Below, piece after piece: positions 51,245 through 59,782 of a DNA stretch of 64,000 nt. A program made the position numbers and the translations under genes. The notes below the pieces were generated by a model. It did not search any database. It was not told the DNA's origin and saw only the letters and a list, made by a program, of their open reading frames with translations. Numbering within the stretch: the stretch's first letter is position 1; each line of letters opens with the position of its first letter. Location: contig JBFFIE010000004.1 in the NCBI GenBank assembly GCA_041556555.1, positions 14,363-78,362 of the forward strand, written 5' to 3'. The stretch comes from Gammaproteobacteria bacterium (GTDB lineage Bacteria > Pseudomonadota > Gammaproteobacteria > Eutrophobiales > Eutrophobiaceae).

Positions 51245-51793
51245 ATGAACCTGGATAGAGTAGGTCCCGGCGATAACCCACCAGATGAGGTAAATGTCAT
51301 CATAGAAATCCCCTTGCGCAGTGAACCGGTCAAGTATGAGCTGGATAAAGAGACCGGTGCCCTGTTTGTCGATCGCTACCTGAATACCTCGATGGTGTAT
51401 CCATGTAATTATGGTTATATACCAAGAACCCTGGCCTTGGATGGTGACCCGGTTGATGTGATCATCGCTACAACCATGCCTATCATCCATGGCGCTGTCA
51501 TGCGTTGCCAACCCATTGCCATGCTGGATATGGAGGACGAAGCCGGAGATGACAGCAAGATTCTCGCTATCCCACTTCATAAGGTATCTAAATTTCACCA
51601 TGAAGTGGCATCATATGAAGATCTGCAACCGGCACTGGTTAACCAGATCGTCCATTTCTTTGAGCATTACAAGGACCTTGAACCTGATAAATGGGTCAAG
51701 GTCAAGGGCTGGTGCAATGCAGAGGCCGCCAAGAATGAAATCATAGAATCACTGGAGCGTTACAAGGCCTCACCGGAGGAACTGCATTTCTAG
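51245..51793 (+). CDS. ppa: Inorganic pyrophosphatase
   Basis: 182 aa family I PPase (DGDPVDV, IIEIP). Confidence 0.9.
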   Translation: MNLDRVGPGDNPPDEVNVIIEIPLRSEPVKYELDKETGALFVDRYLNTSMVYPCNYGYIPRTLALDGDPVDVIIATTMPIIHGAVMRCQPIAMLDMEDEAGDDSKILAIPLHKVSKFHHEVASYEDLQPALVNQIVHFFEHYKDLEPDKWVKVKGWCNAEAAKNEIIESLERYKASPEELHF

Positions 51794-51826
51794 GGATTTT
51801 TGAAGGGAACCTGTTAGACTCTATGA

Positions 51827-51861
51827 CCGGGGAACATGGTATATGGCCCCGGTTTTATTTT
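51827..51861 (+). terminator. Rho-independent terminator after ppa
   Basis: CCGGGG-N14-CCCCGG stem followed by TTTTATTTT. Confidence 0.6.
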
Positions 51862-51887
51862 GGGTAACTTCAATAAACATTCGCACT

Positions 51888-54446
51888 GTGGATAAACTGA
51901 ATATCCCATCTTATCTAAAGGATTCCAGGATACTCAATAATCTCTCTGTTCAGCGGTTATTGAAGTATTGGGCCATTGTTTGTATCGGGGCCGTCATTTT
52001 TCTCTCCCTCACGGCCTTGATCACGAACGATATCTTGTCTTCCCGCCAGGAAGTGCTGGAGAAGCATTACTTACCACTCGGTAATATTGTCGATAACCTT
52101 GAATACATTGCCTCTGAATACGAACTGCGTATTGAGCGGCTGGTCACGCAGCAATCCTCCAACCAGTCGCTGGTAACAGATAACTTTGATTTCCTGCATC
52201 ACAGGACAAGTGAGCACCTGGATCTTCTGGTTGAACGTACCCGCAACATCAATCAGATTCATGATCTTGTCAACCAGGTCGAAAGCCAGTTTGAAGAACT
52301 CGTCGAACATGATATCGGCTTGTTTGAATACATTACCGGTGATGAAAAAGTACGTACAGCTGTACTGGATGATTTATTTTTAAAGCAAAAAAATCATATA
52401 CGCAGGATTCATATTACCCTAAGACAGCTCACCCGGTTTTTTTCTGACAAACTGGAATCGTTTGCTTCAAACAGTTATATGCTCAGCCAGGCAAACCTGT
52501 TGCTGGTAATGGCAGTAAGCCTCCTGGTTATATTCATTATTATTGCCGGCATTTCACTGCTGATTTACCGAATCAACAAACCACTAACCAGCCTGCGAAG
52601 CGCCATGCGCGACCTCTCACTCGGGGAACTGTCACGGAGAATGTTGCTTGATGGTAAAGTTAATGATGAATTTGCTGAGTTATCGATGGATTTCAACCGT
52701 TTTGCAGAAAGAAACCAGGACCTGTTTGAAGAGGTTACCAGTTCCAGAGATGCACTGGAAAAAAGTGAAAAACATACCCGCGCCATTCTCGAAAATGCCC
52801 TCGTTGGCATCGCTCATGTGCGAGGTAACTACTTCATGTCTGCCAACCATAAATTCGAGGAAATATTTGGTTATCCCCGTTCCAAAATTGTCACCCTGAC
52901 CAAGGACAAGTTATTTATCAACCAGGAAGATTTCAGAGATGTTGACGAGACCATGTCGGCATTACTTGCGCGGGGGGATACCTATCATTCGGAAATACAA
53001 TTAGCAGATAGCCAGAACAATTCCTTCTGGTGCGCCATTTCAGCAAAGTCCATTTCTTCTCCTGATCACAAGGACGACCAGATATGGATGTTCGAAGATA
53101 TCACCCAGCGCAAGCAGGCTGAAGAAGAACTTCTGAAAATGGCAAATTATGACTCACTCACCGGTCTGCCAAACCGCTCGCTGTTTCGTGACCGTCTGCA
53201 ACAGGGCATAGGCCGAACCAACCGCCAAAGCGGTATGCTCGGTTTGTTATACATCGACCTTGATTATTTCAAGAAGGTCAATGATTCGTTTGGTCACACC
53301 GTTGGCGATGAATTACTGGTGAAAGTTGCTGAAAGGATCAACGAAAGTGTCCGCAATTCGGATACGGCCTGCCGCCTTGGTGGCGATGAATTTACCATTA
53401 TCCTGCCTGAGATCCAGGACATCAGTGACGCGGGCAAGGTATCCGAAAAGATTGTTGAGAACATGACGGATCCATTCGTAATTGATGGCCAGGAAATCAA
53501 CATCACACCCAGCATCGGCATCTGTATCTACCCGGACAATGGCAGGGATATAGAAACCTTGCTCAAGAATGCGGATTCAGCAGCCTATCATGCCAAGGCA
53601 AAAGGCAGGAATAATTACCAGTACTATACCCAGGCAATGAATGTCGAGGCCCGTAACCGCCTCGACAAGGAAAACCGGTTGCGCCGGGCGGTTGAGAACG
53701 GGAATTTTGTCCTGTATTACCAACCACAGGTAAATGCCAGTGATCTGAGAATTGTTTCCTATGAGGCATTGATACGCTGGAATGACCCGGAACACGGCAT
53801 TATCCCACCCATTGAATTCATCCCGATTCTGGAAGATACCGGTTTAATCGTTAAGGTAGGTGAATGGATAATCCAGCAGGCCTGCGAGGACATTCCACGC
53901 ATTGCTGCCATGAACAAGCATTTTCAACATTTATCTGTGAATCTTTCGGCACGCCAGTTCGTGGATAATGCCATCGTCAACAAAATCATGGACATCATAG
54001 AGAAATCCGGAACAGCCCCCGAAAAACTGGTGCTGGAGATCACGGAAACGGTGATGATGACTGAAACCCAGCGCAGTCTCGAGATACTCACCGATATGAA
54101 TGCTCGCGGTCTCAAATTATCCCTGGATGATTTTGGTACCGGTTATTCCTCCATGGCCTACCTCAAGCAATTCCCAATCCATTTCCTCAAGGTCGACAAG
54201 ACCTTCGTCTCCGATCTGGAATTGAATGAGAGCGACCGCGCCATATGTGAGGCCATGATCGCCATGGCCAGGCAACTGGACCTGGACGTGATCGCAGAAG
54301 GCGTGGAAAATATGGAACAGTTCAATATCCTGCATGCCAAGGGCTGTCACTTAATCCAGGGCTACCTGTTTGGTAAGCCCCAGCCCTTGGATGAATTACT
54401 CTGCGAGGTCCAGCCAACCCCGGAAATCATCCGCTCCCGAAACTAA
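51888..54446 (+). CDS. Membrane sensor diguanylate cyclase/phosphodiesterase (periplasmic domain-HAMP-PAS-GGDEF-EAL)
   Basis: Two TM helices flanking ~190-aa periplasmic region, PAS, GGDEF (RLGGDEF) and EAL (EALIRW, DDFGTGYSS, KVDKTFV) domains; ORF-track ATG 51843 lies inside the ppa terminator hairpin, so GTG 51888 proposed. Confidence 0.8.
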   Translation: MDKLNIPSYLKDSRILNNLSVQRLLKYWAIVCIGAVIFLSLTALITNDILSSRQEVLEKHYLPLGNIVDNLEYIASEYELRIERLVTQQSSNQSLVTDNFDFLHHRTSEHLDLLVERTRNINQIHDLVNQVESQFEELVEHDIGLFEYITGDEKVRTAVLDDLFLKQKNHIRRIHITLRQLTRFFSDKLESFASNSYMLSQANLLLVMAVSLLVIFIIIAGISLLIYRINKPLTSLRSAMRDLSLGELSRRMLLDGKVNDEFAELSMDFNRFAERNQDLFEEVTSSRDALEKSEKHTRAILENALVGIAHVRGNYFMSANHKFEEIFGYPRSKIVTLTKDKLFINQEDFRDVDETMSALLARGDTYHSEIQLADSQNNSFWCAISAKSISSPDHKDDQIWMFEDITQRKQAEEELLKMANYDSLTGLPNRSLFRDRLQQGIGRTNRQSGMLGLLYIDLDYFKKVNDSFGHTVGDELLVKVAERINESVRNSDTACRLGGDEFTIILPEIQDISDAGKVSEKIVENMTDPFVIDGQEINITPSIGICIYPDNGRDIETLLKNADSAAYHAKAKGRNNYQYYTQAMNVEARNRLDKENRLRRAVENGNFVLYYQPQVNASDLRIVSYEALIRWNDPEHGIIPPIEFIPILEDTGLIVKVGEWIIQQACEDIPRIAAMNKHFQHLSVNLSARQFVDNAIVNKIMDIIEKSGTAPEKLVLEITETVMMTETQRSLEILTDMNARGLKLSLDDFGTGYSSMAYLKQFPIHFLKVDKTFVSDLELNESDRAICEAMIAMARQLDLDVIAEGVENMEQFNILHAKGCHLIQGYLFGKPQPLDELLCEVQPTPEIIRSRN

Positions 54447-54523
54447 AAAATAGAAAAATCAAAAGCTTATAATTAATGCTTTGCTGAAATGTAAATCTCA
54501 ATAAATTTTAATAAATGGATGTT

Positions 54524-54552
54524 GACATGGTCTGGCAAATCAGATATGTTGC
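54524..54552 (+). promoter_or_regulatory. Candidate sigma70 promoter of phasin gene (TTGACA-17-TATGTT)
   Basis: TTGACA at 54524-54529, 17-bp spacer, TATGTT at 54547-54552; immediately overlapped by TGCAATGCAATAT repeat. Confidence 0.45.
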
Positions 54553-54574
54553 AATGCAATATATTGCAATGCAC
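54548..54574 (+). promoter_or_regulatory. Candidate PhaR operator (GTTGCAATGCAATATATTGCAATGCAC)
   Basis: Near-palindromic TGCA-rich element at -57..-31 of phasin ATG; close copy upstream of second phasin gene (58073-58110) and related TGCACTGCACAATA upstream of phaA (61851-61870). Confidence 0.45.
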
Positions 54575-54604
54575 AAACTTTGAGAGTTTACACAGGAGCA
54601 GAAC

Positions 54605-55090
54605 ATGGATAACTACATTGAAGAGATTACCAACGCTGGCAAGACATCTTATGAAACCCTGCAGAAGATGAGCGACATTAATGCCAGTACCATGCAAAAG
54701 CTGGCCGAACTGCAGTTTGATTTTGCTGCTTACAGCATTGAAACCGGCCTGGAGCAGGGCAAACTGATTTCCAGTACCACCAGTTACCAGGATTTTCTGA
54801 CCGCCGGATCTGATTTCGCCGAAGCCTACAGCACTAAGGCAATGGATTTTGGCAAGAAGGCCGCTGATATCTTCAGCGAATCACAGGAATTGCTTGTAGA
54901 GCTGGTAGAAAAGGAAATTAACAAGGTTTCCAAGCCCGCCAAGCCTGCAGCGGCCAAGCCTGCAGCGGCCAAGCCTGCAGCGGCCAAGCCTGCAACGGCC
55001 AAGCCTGCAGCGGCCAAGCCTGCAGCGGCCAAGCCTGCAGCGGCCAAGCCTGCAGCGGCCAAGCCTGCAGCGGCCAAGAAGTCAGCCTGA
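54605..55090 (+). CDS. phaP: Phasin (PHA granule-associated protein) with C-terminal (AAKPA)n histone-H1-like tail, PhaF-like
   Basis: N-terminal phasin_2-type helical domain; C-terminal KPAAAKPAAA repeats as in Pseudomonas PhaF DNA-binding tail. Confidence 0.75.
   Translation: MDNYIEEITNAGKTSYETLQKMSDINASTMQKLAELQFDFAAYSIETGLEQGKLISSTTSYQDFLTAGSDFAEAYSTKAMDFGKKAADIFSESQELLVELVEKEINKVSKPAKPAAAKPAAAKPAAAKPATAKPAAAKPAAAKPAAAKPAAAKPAAAKKSA
54938..55078 (+). repeat. 15-bp tandem repeat GCCAAGCCTGCAGCG x ~9.4 (in-frame, encodes AKPAA)
   Basis: Directly visible perfect copies with one A-to-T variant (unit 4, ACG). Confidence 0.95.
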
Positions 55091-55118
55091 GCTTATCACT
55101 CCATTCCGGAGTCAGAAT

Positions 55119-55157
55119 AAAAACCCGTGCAGCCCTTGAGGCTGTGCGGGTTTTTTG
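55119..55157 (+). terminator. Rho-independent terminator after phasin gene
   Basis: CCCGTGCAGCC-CTTGAG-GCTGTGCGGG stem followed by TTTTTT. Confidence 0.7.
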
Positions 55158-55288
55158 GTTTGGTAAAAGGCCACAATTTAGTGATTTTCGTTTTGCGGCG
55201 CACCATGACGCATGGTAGGATTTTACTGGCCTGTCAGATCGGTTTCGGCGCCGGTTAAACGACATAATACCTGATCGGGAATCTATCC

Positions 55289-56473
55289 ATGAGCAAGAAA
55301 GATACCGGTTCTTCCTGGACAGAAGACTGGATGAAAGCACAGCGTCAATACCTCGATGCCATGTCTGCATTTTACAATTCATCCGCCAAATCAACTGAGA
55401 ATAAAACCAACGTCAATCCCATGGCTGGTGCCATGGATTTCTGGTGGCAAACCCTTTCGCCCAAAATCTCCGAGGAAAACCGGGAATTTATCGACAAGAT
55501 GGCAGAGCAGGGCAGGATTTTCTACGCCTTGAGTGAACAGTTTATCAACCTGCTGAAGGCAATTAACGAAGCCACTGAAACGGAAGAAAACTGGGAAAAT
55601 GCACTGACCTCCCAGTTTGATGCACTGAAATCATTCTTCACAGATACGGATAACGGCAAAAATGTGGTCAGCGGCATGATGAATGCCTGGAGTCTGTTGC
55701 CGATGGACACTCTCCAGCGTTCATTCTCTTCCGGTTCGATTATGCCCGGAGATTTCCTTGAAGACCTGAAACCTGAGGCACTGGAGGAAGTCACAGACAA
55801 GTTTCTTTCCATACCCGGTGTAGGATATACCCGCGAATCGCAAGAGAAGATCCAGAATGGCATCCGGCTCTGGAACAAGTACCAGAACACCCATCGTGAA
55901 TACAACAACGCCATGTTCAGGGTCGGAATCCGGGCGCTGGACAGTATGCGTGACAAAATCGTCAAGATGTCTATTGAGGGCAAGGAAATTAAAAGCATGC
56001 GCGAAATTTATGACATCTGGGTGGATTGTAATGAAGACGCTTATTCTGACTATGTGTTTACCGAAGAATTTTCTGATCTGTATGGAAAACTGACAAATGC
56101 CCTGATGGCGGTAAAACTAAATGGCCAGAATATGGTAGATGAGTTCCTGAAAACCATGAACATACCAACGCGGCATAGTATGAACACAACCAACCGGCGT
56201 CAGCAGCAATTAAGGCGGGAACATAAACAGACCATCAAAAAACTCGACGATATGGAAGATCAAATTAAGGCCATGCAAGCTGGCATCGTACCAACCAGGC
56301 AAAAATCTGCCGCCTCTGGTGGGAATGCACCAGTGGTGGTGAGTAAGAAAAAACCCAGAGCCACTAAAAAGAAAACTGCAAGCAAGAAAACCCGTAGTAA
56401 AAAAACCAAGAGTGTTTCCGGTAAACGCAAGAAGTCCGGAACGAAATCCGACAAGATTGTGATCAAGCTTTGA
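55289..56473 (+). CDS. phaE: Class III PHA synthase subunit PhaE
   Basis: 394 aa, immediately upstream of class III phaC; PhaE-like size and composition; unusual lysine-rich C-terminal tail. Confidence 0.7.
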   Translation: MSKKDTGSSWTEDWMKAQRQYLDAMSAFYNSSAKSTENKTNVNPMAGAMDFWWQTLSPKISEENREFIDKMAEQGRIFYALSEQFINLLKAINEATETEENWENALTSQFDALKSFFTDTDNGKNVVSGMMNAWSLLPMDTLQRSFSSGSIMPGDFLEDLKPEALEEVTDKFLSIPGVGYTRESQEKIQNGIRLWNKYQNTHREYNNAMFRVGIRALDSMRDKIVKMSIEGKEIKSMREIYDIWVDCNEDAYSDYVFTEEFSDLYGKLTNALMAVKLNGQNMVDEFLKTMNIPTRHSMNTTNRRQQQLRREHKQTIKKLDDMEDQIKAMQAGIVPTRQKSAASGGNAPVVVSKKKPRATKKKTASKKTRSKKTKSVSGKRKKSGTKSDKIVIKL

Positions 56474-56492
56474 GCATAATGGAGAATTCAAC

Positions 56493-57554
56493 ATGATTCC
56501 GTTTCATCTACGCCCGGACGAAATTATTAATGAGGTCAATGAATTCAATGCCAAGCTGCATCATGGGATCCATACCCTGAGTGAAATCGGTGATATTGAT
56601 GTCGGCGCTTCTGAGAAAGAACCGGTTTACCAGGAAGATAAACTGGTGCTATATCATTTCAAGCCCTTGGTAAAAAAAACCAATCCGGTGCCTATTCTGA
56701 TCGTTTATGCACTGGTTAATCGGCCTTACATGGCGGATCTCCAGGACGGGCGATCCATGATCCAGGGCCTGTTACAGGCCGGACAGGATGTTTATCTGAT
56801 TGACTGGGGATACCCGGATGCAGCAGATCGTTACCTGACGCTCGATGATTACCTTAACGGGTATATCGATCGTTGTGTTAATTACATTCGTAAACAGCAC
56901 AGTCTGGACAAGATTAATCTTCTGGGAATTTGCCAGGGCGGCACATTCAGCCTGTGTTACTGTTCCTTGCATCCAGACAAGGTTAAAAATCTGATCACCA
57001 CGGTAACACCCGTGGATTTTCATACCAAGAATGATCTTTTGAGTCGTATGGTCCGTCATATCGATATTGATATGGTTGTTGATACAATAGGCAACGTTCC
57101 CGGTGAGTTGCTTAATTACACCTACCTTTCCCTGAAGCCGTTCCGGTTAATGGGGCAAAAATATATGGACCTCGTCAACCTTTTACAGGACAAGGAACAG
57201 GCACGAAACTTCATGCGTATGGAGAAATGGATCTTTGACAGTCCGGACCAGGCAGGTGAGGCCTTCCGCCAGTTCATAAAGCAGTTCTACCAGCAAAACG
57301 GACTGGTTAACAATATGGTGCGCATCGGGGAAGATACTGTGAATCTTAAAAACGTAACCATGCCGGTGCTGAATATATTTGCGGCTGCTGATCACCTTGT
57401 GCCGTCTGATTCATCCAAGGCCCTGAAGAAACTGGTTGGGACCAAGGATTATACCGAGCTGGAATTTCCCGGTGGTCATATTGGCATTTACGTGAGCGGC
57501 AAGGCCCAGAAACTAATTCCTCCGTCCGTGGGCGAGTGGCTGGCAAAACGCTAA
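56493..57554 (+). CDS. phaC: Class III poly(R)-hydroxyalkanoic acid synthase subunit PhaC
   Basis: 353 aa alpha/beta hydrolase with lipase-box GICQGG (active Cys), conserved Asp and His; size typical of class III PhaC. Confidence 0.85.
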   Translation: MIPFHLRPDEIINEVNEFNAKLHHGIHTLSEIGDIDVGASEKEPVYQEDKLVLYHFKPLVKKTNPVPILIVYALVNRPYMADLQDGRSMIQGLLQAGQDVYLIDWGYPDAADRYLTLDDYLNGYIDRCVNYIRKQHSLDKINLLGICQGGTFSLCYCSLHPDKVKNLITTVTPVDFHTKNDLLSRMVRHIDIDMVVDTIGNVPGELLNYTYLSLKPFRLMGQKYMDLVNLLQDKEQARNFMRMEKWIFDSPDQAGEAFRQFIKQFYQQNGLVNNMVRIGEDTVNLKNVTMPVLNIFAAADHLVPSDSSKALKKLVGTKDYTELEFPGGHIGIYVSGKAQKLIPPSVGEWLAKR

Positions 57555-57592
57555 ATAGTCCTGATTGGCTAAAGTCTCTGAATCGCCGGCAT

Positions 57593-57630
57593 AAAAAAAC
57601 CGCAACCTGTATCCAGGCCGCGGTTTTTTC
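57593..57630. terminator. Bidirectional rho-independent terminator between convergent phaC and phasin genes
   Basis: AAAAAAACCGC-AACCTGTATCCAGGCC-GCGGTTTTTT: perfect 11-nt arms with A-run and T-run on either side. Confidence 0.75.
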
Positions 57631-57659
57631 ATTTAGGGGTACTTTGCTAAGTAACAGAC

Positions 57660-58040
57660 TTAGGCAACTTTTGGCATCGGGATAGATTTGGTGGCCTCGG
57701 TAAAGCTCTTTTCAGCTTCCTTGGCACTCTTTTCCATCCAGCTGCTCACTTCATCCTTGGACTCATTCATGATGTCCATGGTGTTGCGGGCGATGCCCTG
57801 AATCTTGCTGTTGAAATCACTGGTGATTGTGGTTTCACCGGACAGGATGTCCTTGTAACCCTTGGCATCAGCAACCAGCTTCAGCTGGCTGGTGGTGTAC
57901 TCCACGCCGAGGGCGGTCAGTGCAAACTGTTGTTCAATCAGCTGTTCAACTAGCTTGGTGTTGATGGCATACAATTCTTTCATGGTCTCGTATGAGGCCT
58001 TGCTAAACCTGGTAGCGCTCTCAATCATTTCATTACTCAT
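57660..58040 (-). CDS. phaP: Phasin family protein
   Basis: Start at internal ATG 58040 (MSNEMIESATRFSKASYETMKEL) with AGGAG RBS; helical phasin-like sequence; ORF-track start 58130 gives implausible N-extension. Confidence 0.7.
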   Translation of the reverse strand: MSNEMIESATRFSKASYETMKELYAINTKLVEQLIEQQFALTALGVEYTTSQLKLVADAKGYKDILSGETTITSDFNSKIQGIARNTMDIMNESKDEVSSWMEKSAKEAEKSFTEATKSIPMPKVA

Positions 58041-58072
58041 ATTTTTATCTCCTCTAGGGTAGTCACATAAAA

Positions 58073-58110
58073 CACTTGTGCGTTGCACAAATATTGCATT
58101 GCAGCATAAC
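58073..58110 (-). promoter_or_regulatory. Candidate PhaR operator upstream of second phasin gene
   Basis: Minus-strand reading CTGCAATGCAATATTTGTGCAACGCAC, same motif and same distance (-33..-70) as at first phasin gene. Confidence 0.45.
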
Positions 58111-58273
58111 AAATCCAAAGGATAAGTCAAGTGCTTTTGTCTACCGAGGTTATAATGTAACTAACTGAAAAATATAAATTAATGTTCGCAGTAGCCAGCA
58201 TTTTAAAATATAAAAGCCACCCGAAACAGGTCCCGGGTGGCCATGCTTGAGCCTGGATTGATTAAATCGCCGT

Positions 58274-59302
58274 TCAGGCGATAGCGGTGAACAGGGCGCC
58301 GTTCACCGAGATCTCGGAGCCCGTGATATAGCCCGAGTTTTCAGCGGCCAGGAAACTGACGGCATCGGCAATCTCGGATGGCTTTGCCAGTCGGCCGACC
58401 GGTATCTTGGCGATGATACTGTTTTTGATATCTTCGGGGATAGCTTCCACCATTTCGGTGCCGACATAGCCGGGACACACTGAGTTGACAGTTATGCCCT
58501 GGTCTGCAAGTTCCAGTGCCAGTGCCTTGCTGAAGCCAATGATGCCGGCCTTGGCGGTCGCGTAATTGGTTTGTCCGAACTGGCCCTTCTGTCCATTGAC
58601 CGAAGAGATATTAATGATACGGCCGTATCTTCTCCTGGCCATGCCGTCGACGAATTGCCGGGTAACGTTGAAAACGCTGTTAAGGTTGGTTTCAATGACG
58701 GCCTGCCACTTGTCCGGATCCATATTCTTAAGTGTGGCATCGCGGGTGATTCCGGCACAATTTACCAGGATATCGATGTGCTTATAGTCTTTCTCCAGCT
58801 GTCTGGCCACAACTTTGCAACGGTCGAAATCGGTGACATCACATTCAACGATATCGAGGTCATACCCGGCTTTCAGGTGTTCAAGTTGCCATTGCTCTGC
58901 ACGCTCGGATTCCATGGCAATATAAGTCGCGATAACCTGGTGACCGTCATCATAGAAACGCTTGCAAATCTCGGTGCCAATGCCGCCGATGCCGCCGGTA
59001 ACAACAGCGACACTGGTGGTTTCGATACGGCCTTTACTTGCCAGTGTGGCATTATCAAGTGGTATAGGCCTTGATGATGCCCCTGCAACTGGGCCAAGGA
59101 GCAGGCTGAGTGATTCTTTCTGATGGGCCAGCAGGCTTTCAACTGCATGATTGGCTGCATCGGACATCTGAAACAAGGAGTTCATTGCCCATTCGAACGG
59201 ATTGTGCCAGTGAGTAAGCATATCTGATTGAGCCTTCTGCATGTATTTTGCCAGACTGGAATCAAATCCCGGGAACGTCAGCAAGCCGGCTGGTTTACTC
59301 AT
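58274..59302 (-). CDS. Acetoacetyl-CoA reductase paralog with ~95-aa N-terminal extension
   Basis: C-terminal 245 aa is a canonical PhaB-type SDR (VAVVTGGIGGIG, NCAGITRD, YATAKAG); N-terminal 95 aa has no SDR motifs and no internal ATG before the SDR core; 24 bp downstream of phaR stop. Confidence 0.7.
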   Translation of the reverse strand: MSKPAGLLTFPGFDSSLAKYMQKAQSDMLTHWHNPFEWAMNSLFQMSDAANHAVESLLAHQKESLSLLLGPVAGASSRPIPLDNATLASKGRIETTSVAVVTGGIGGIGTEICKRFYDDGHQVIATYIAMESERAEQWQLEHLKAGYDLDIVECDVTDFDRCKVVARQLEKDYKHIDILVNCAGITRDATLKNMDPDKWQAVIETNLNSVFNVTRQFVDGMARRRYGRIINISSVNGQKGQFGQTNYATAKAGIIGFSKALALELADQGITVNSVCPGYVGTEMVEAIPEDIKNSIIAKIPVGRLAKPSEIADAVSFLAAENSGYITGSEISVNGALFTAIA

Positions 59303-59326
59303 AAAGGTAGACCTTCGTTGGTAAAA

Positions 59327-59782
59327 TTATTTTTTTGATTTTATGCCGGAGGCACTAAAGAAGTTTTCCTGCATTTCCTGCCATATCTTCATGTTTTTTT
59401 CTGCCATATCGGACATAGCGGAAATCGGATTTTTACTGATAGCGTCCTGGAATTGTTTCTGCTGCTCGACAAACAACTGCATGCTGCGGGTAATAAAATC
59501 GCCGGCAACTGCCTGTACGGAGTCACCATAGGACTGGATGATTTGGGTCAGAAGCTCGGTTGAGAAGAAAGGCTCACCGTGATGCTCCTGTTCTGCGATA
59601 ATTTGCAGCAAAATATTACGAGTGAGGTCTTCATCAGTCTTTACATCCTTAACAGAGAAATCAATGCCCTTCATGACCAGGTCCTTGATGTCCTCAAGGG
59701 TAATGTATTTACTGTCCTCGGTGTCGTAGAGTCTCCTGTTGGGATACTTCTTGATTATACGTAGTTCGCTCATGTTAACCAC
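59327..59782 (-). CDS. phaR: PHA synthesis repressor PhaR
   Basis: RIIKKYPNRRLYDT DNA-binding motif near N-terminus; start may be ATG 59773. Confidence 0.85.
   Translation of the reverse strand: MVNMSELRIIKKYPNRRLYDTEDSKYITLEDIKDLVMKGIDFSVKDVKTDEDLTRNILLQIIAEQEHHGEPFFSTELLTQIIQSYGDSVQAVAGDFITRSMQLFVEQQKQFQDAISKNPISAMSDMAEKNMKIWQEMQENFFSASGIKSKK

Noticed and set aside
54938-55078. Possible CRISPR array
   Set aside because: Units are 15 bp with no spacers, in-frame within a CDS; it is a coding tandem repeat, and no cas genes are present.
54826-55394. Long antisense ORFs through the 15-bp tandem repeat
   Set aside because: Created by the repeat periodicity (GLAAA repeats); the sense strand encodes a recognisable phasin.
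57660-58130. Full 156-aa ORF as the phasin gene
   Set aside because: N-terminal 30 residues (MTYPLDLLCCNAIFVQRTSVLCDYPRGDKN) are non-phasin-like and would cover the candidate operator; the internal ATG 58040 with an AGGAG RBS is preferred.
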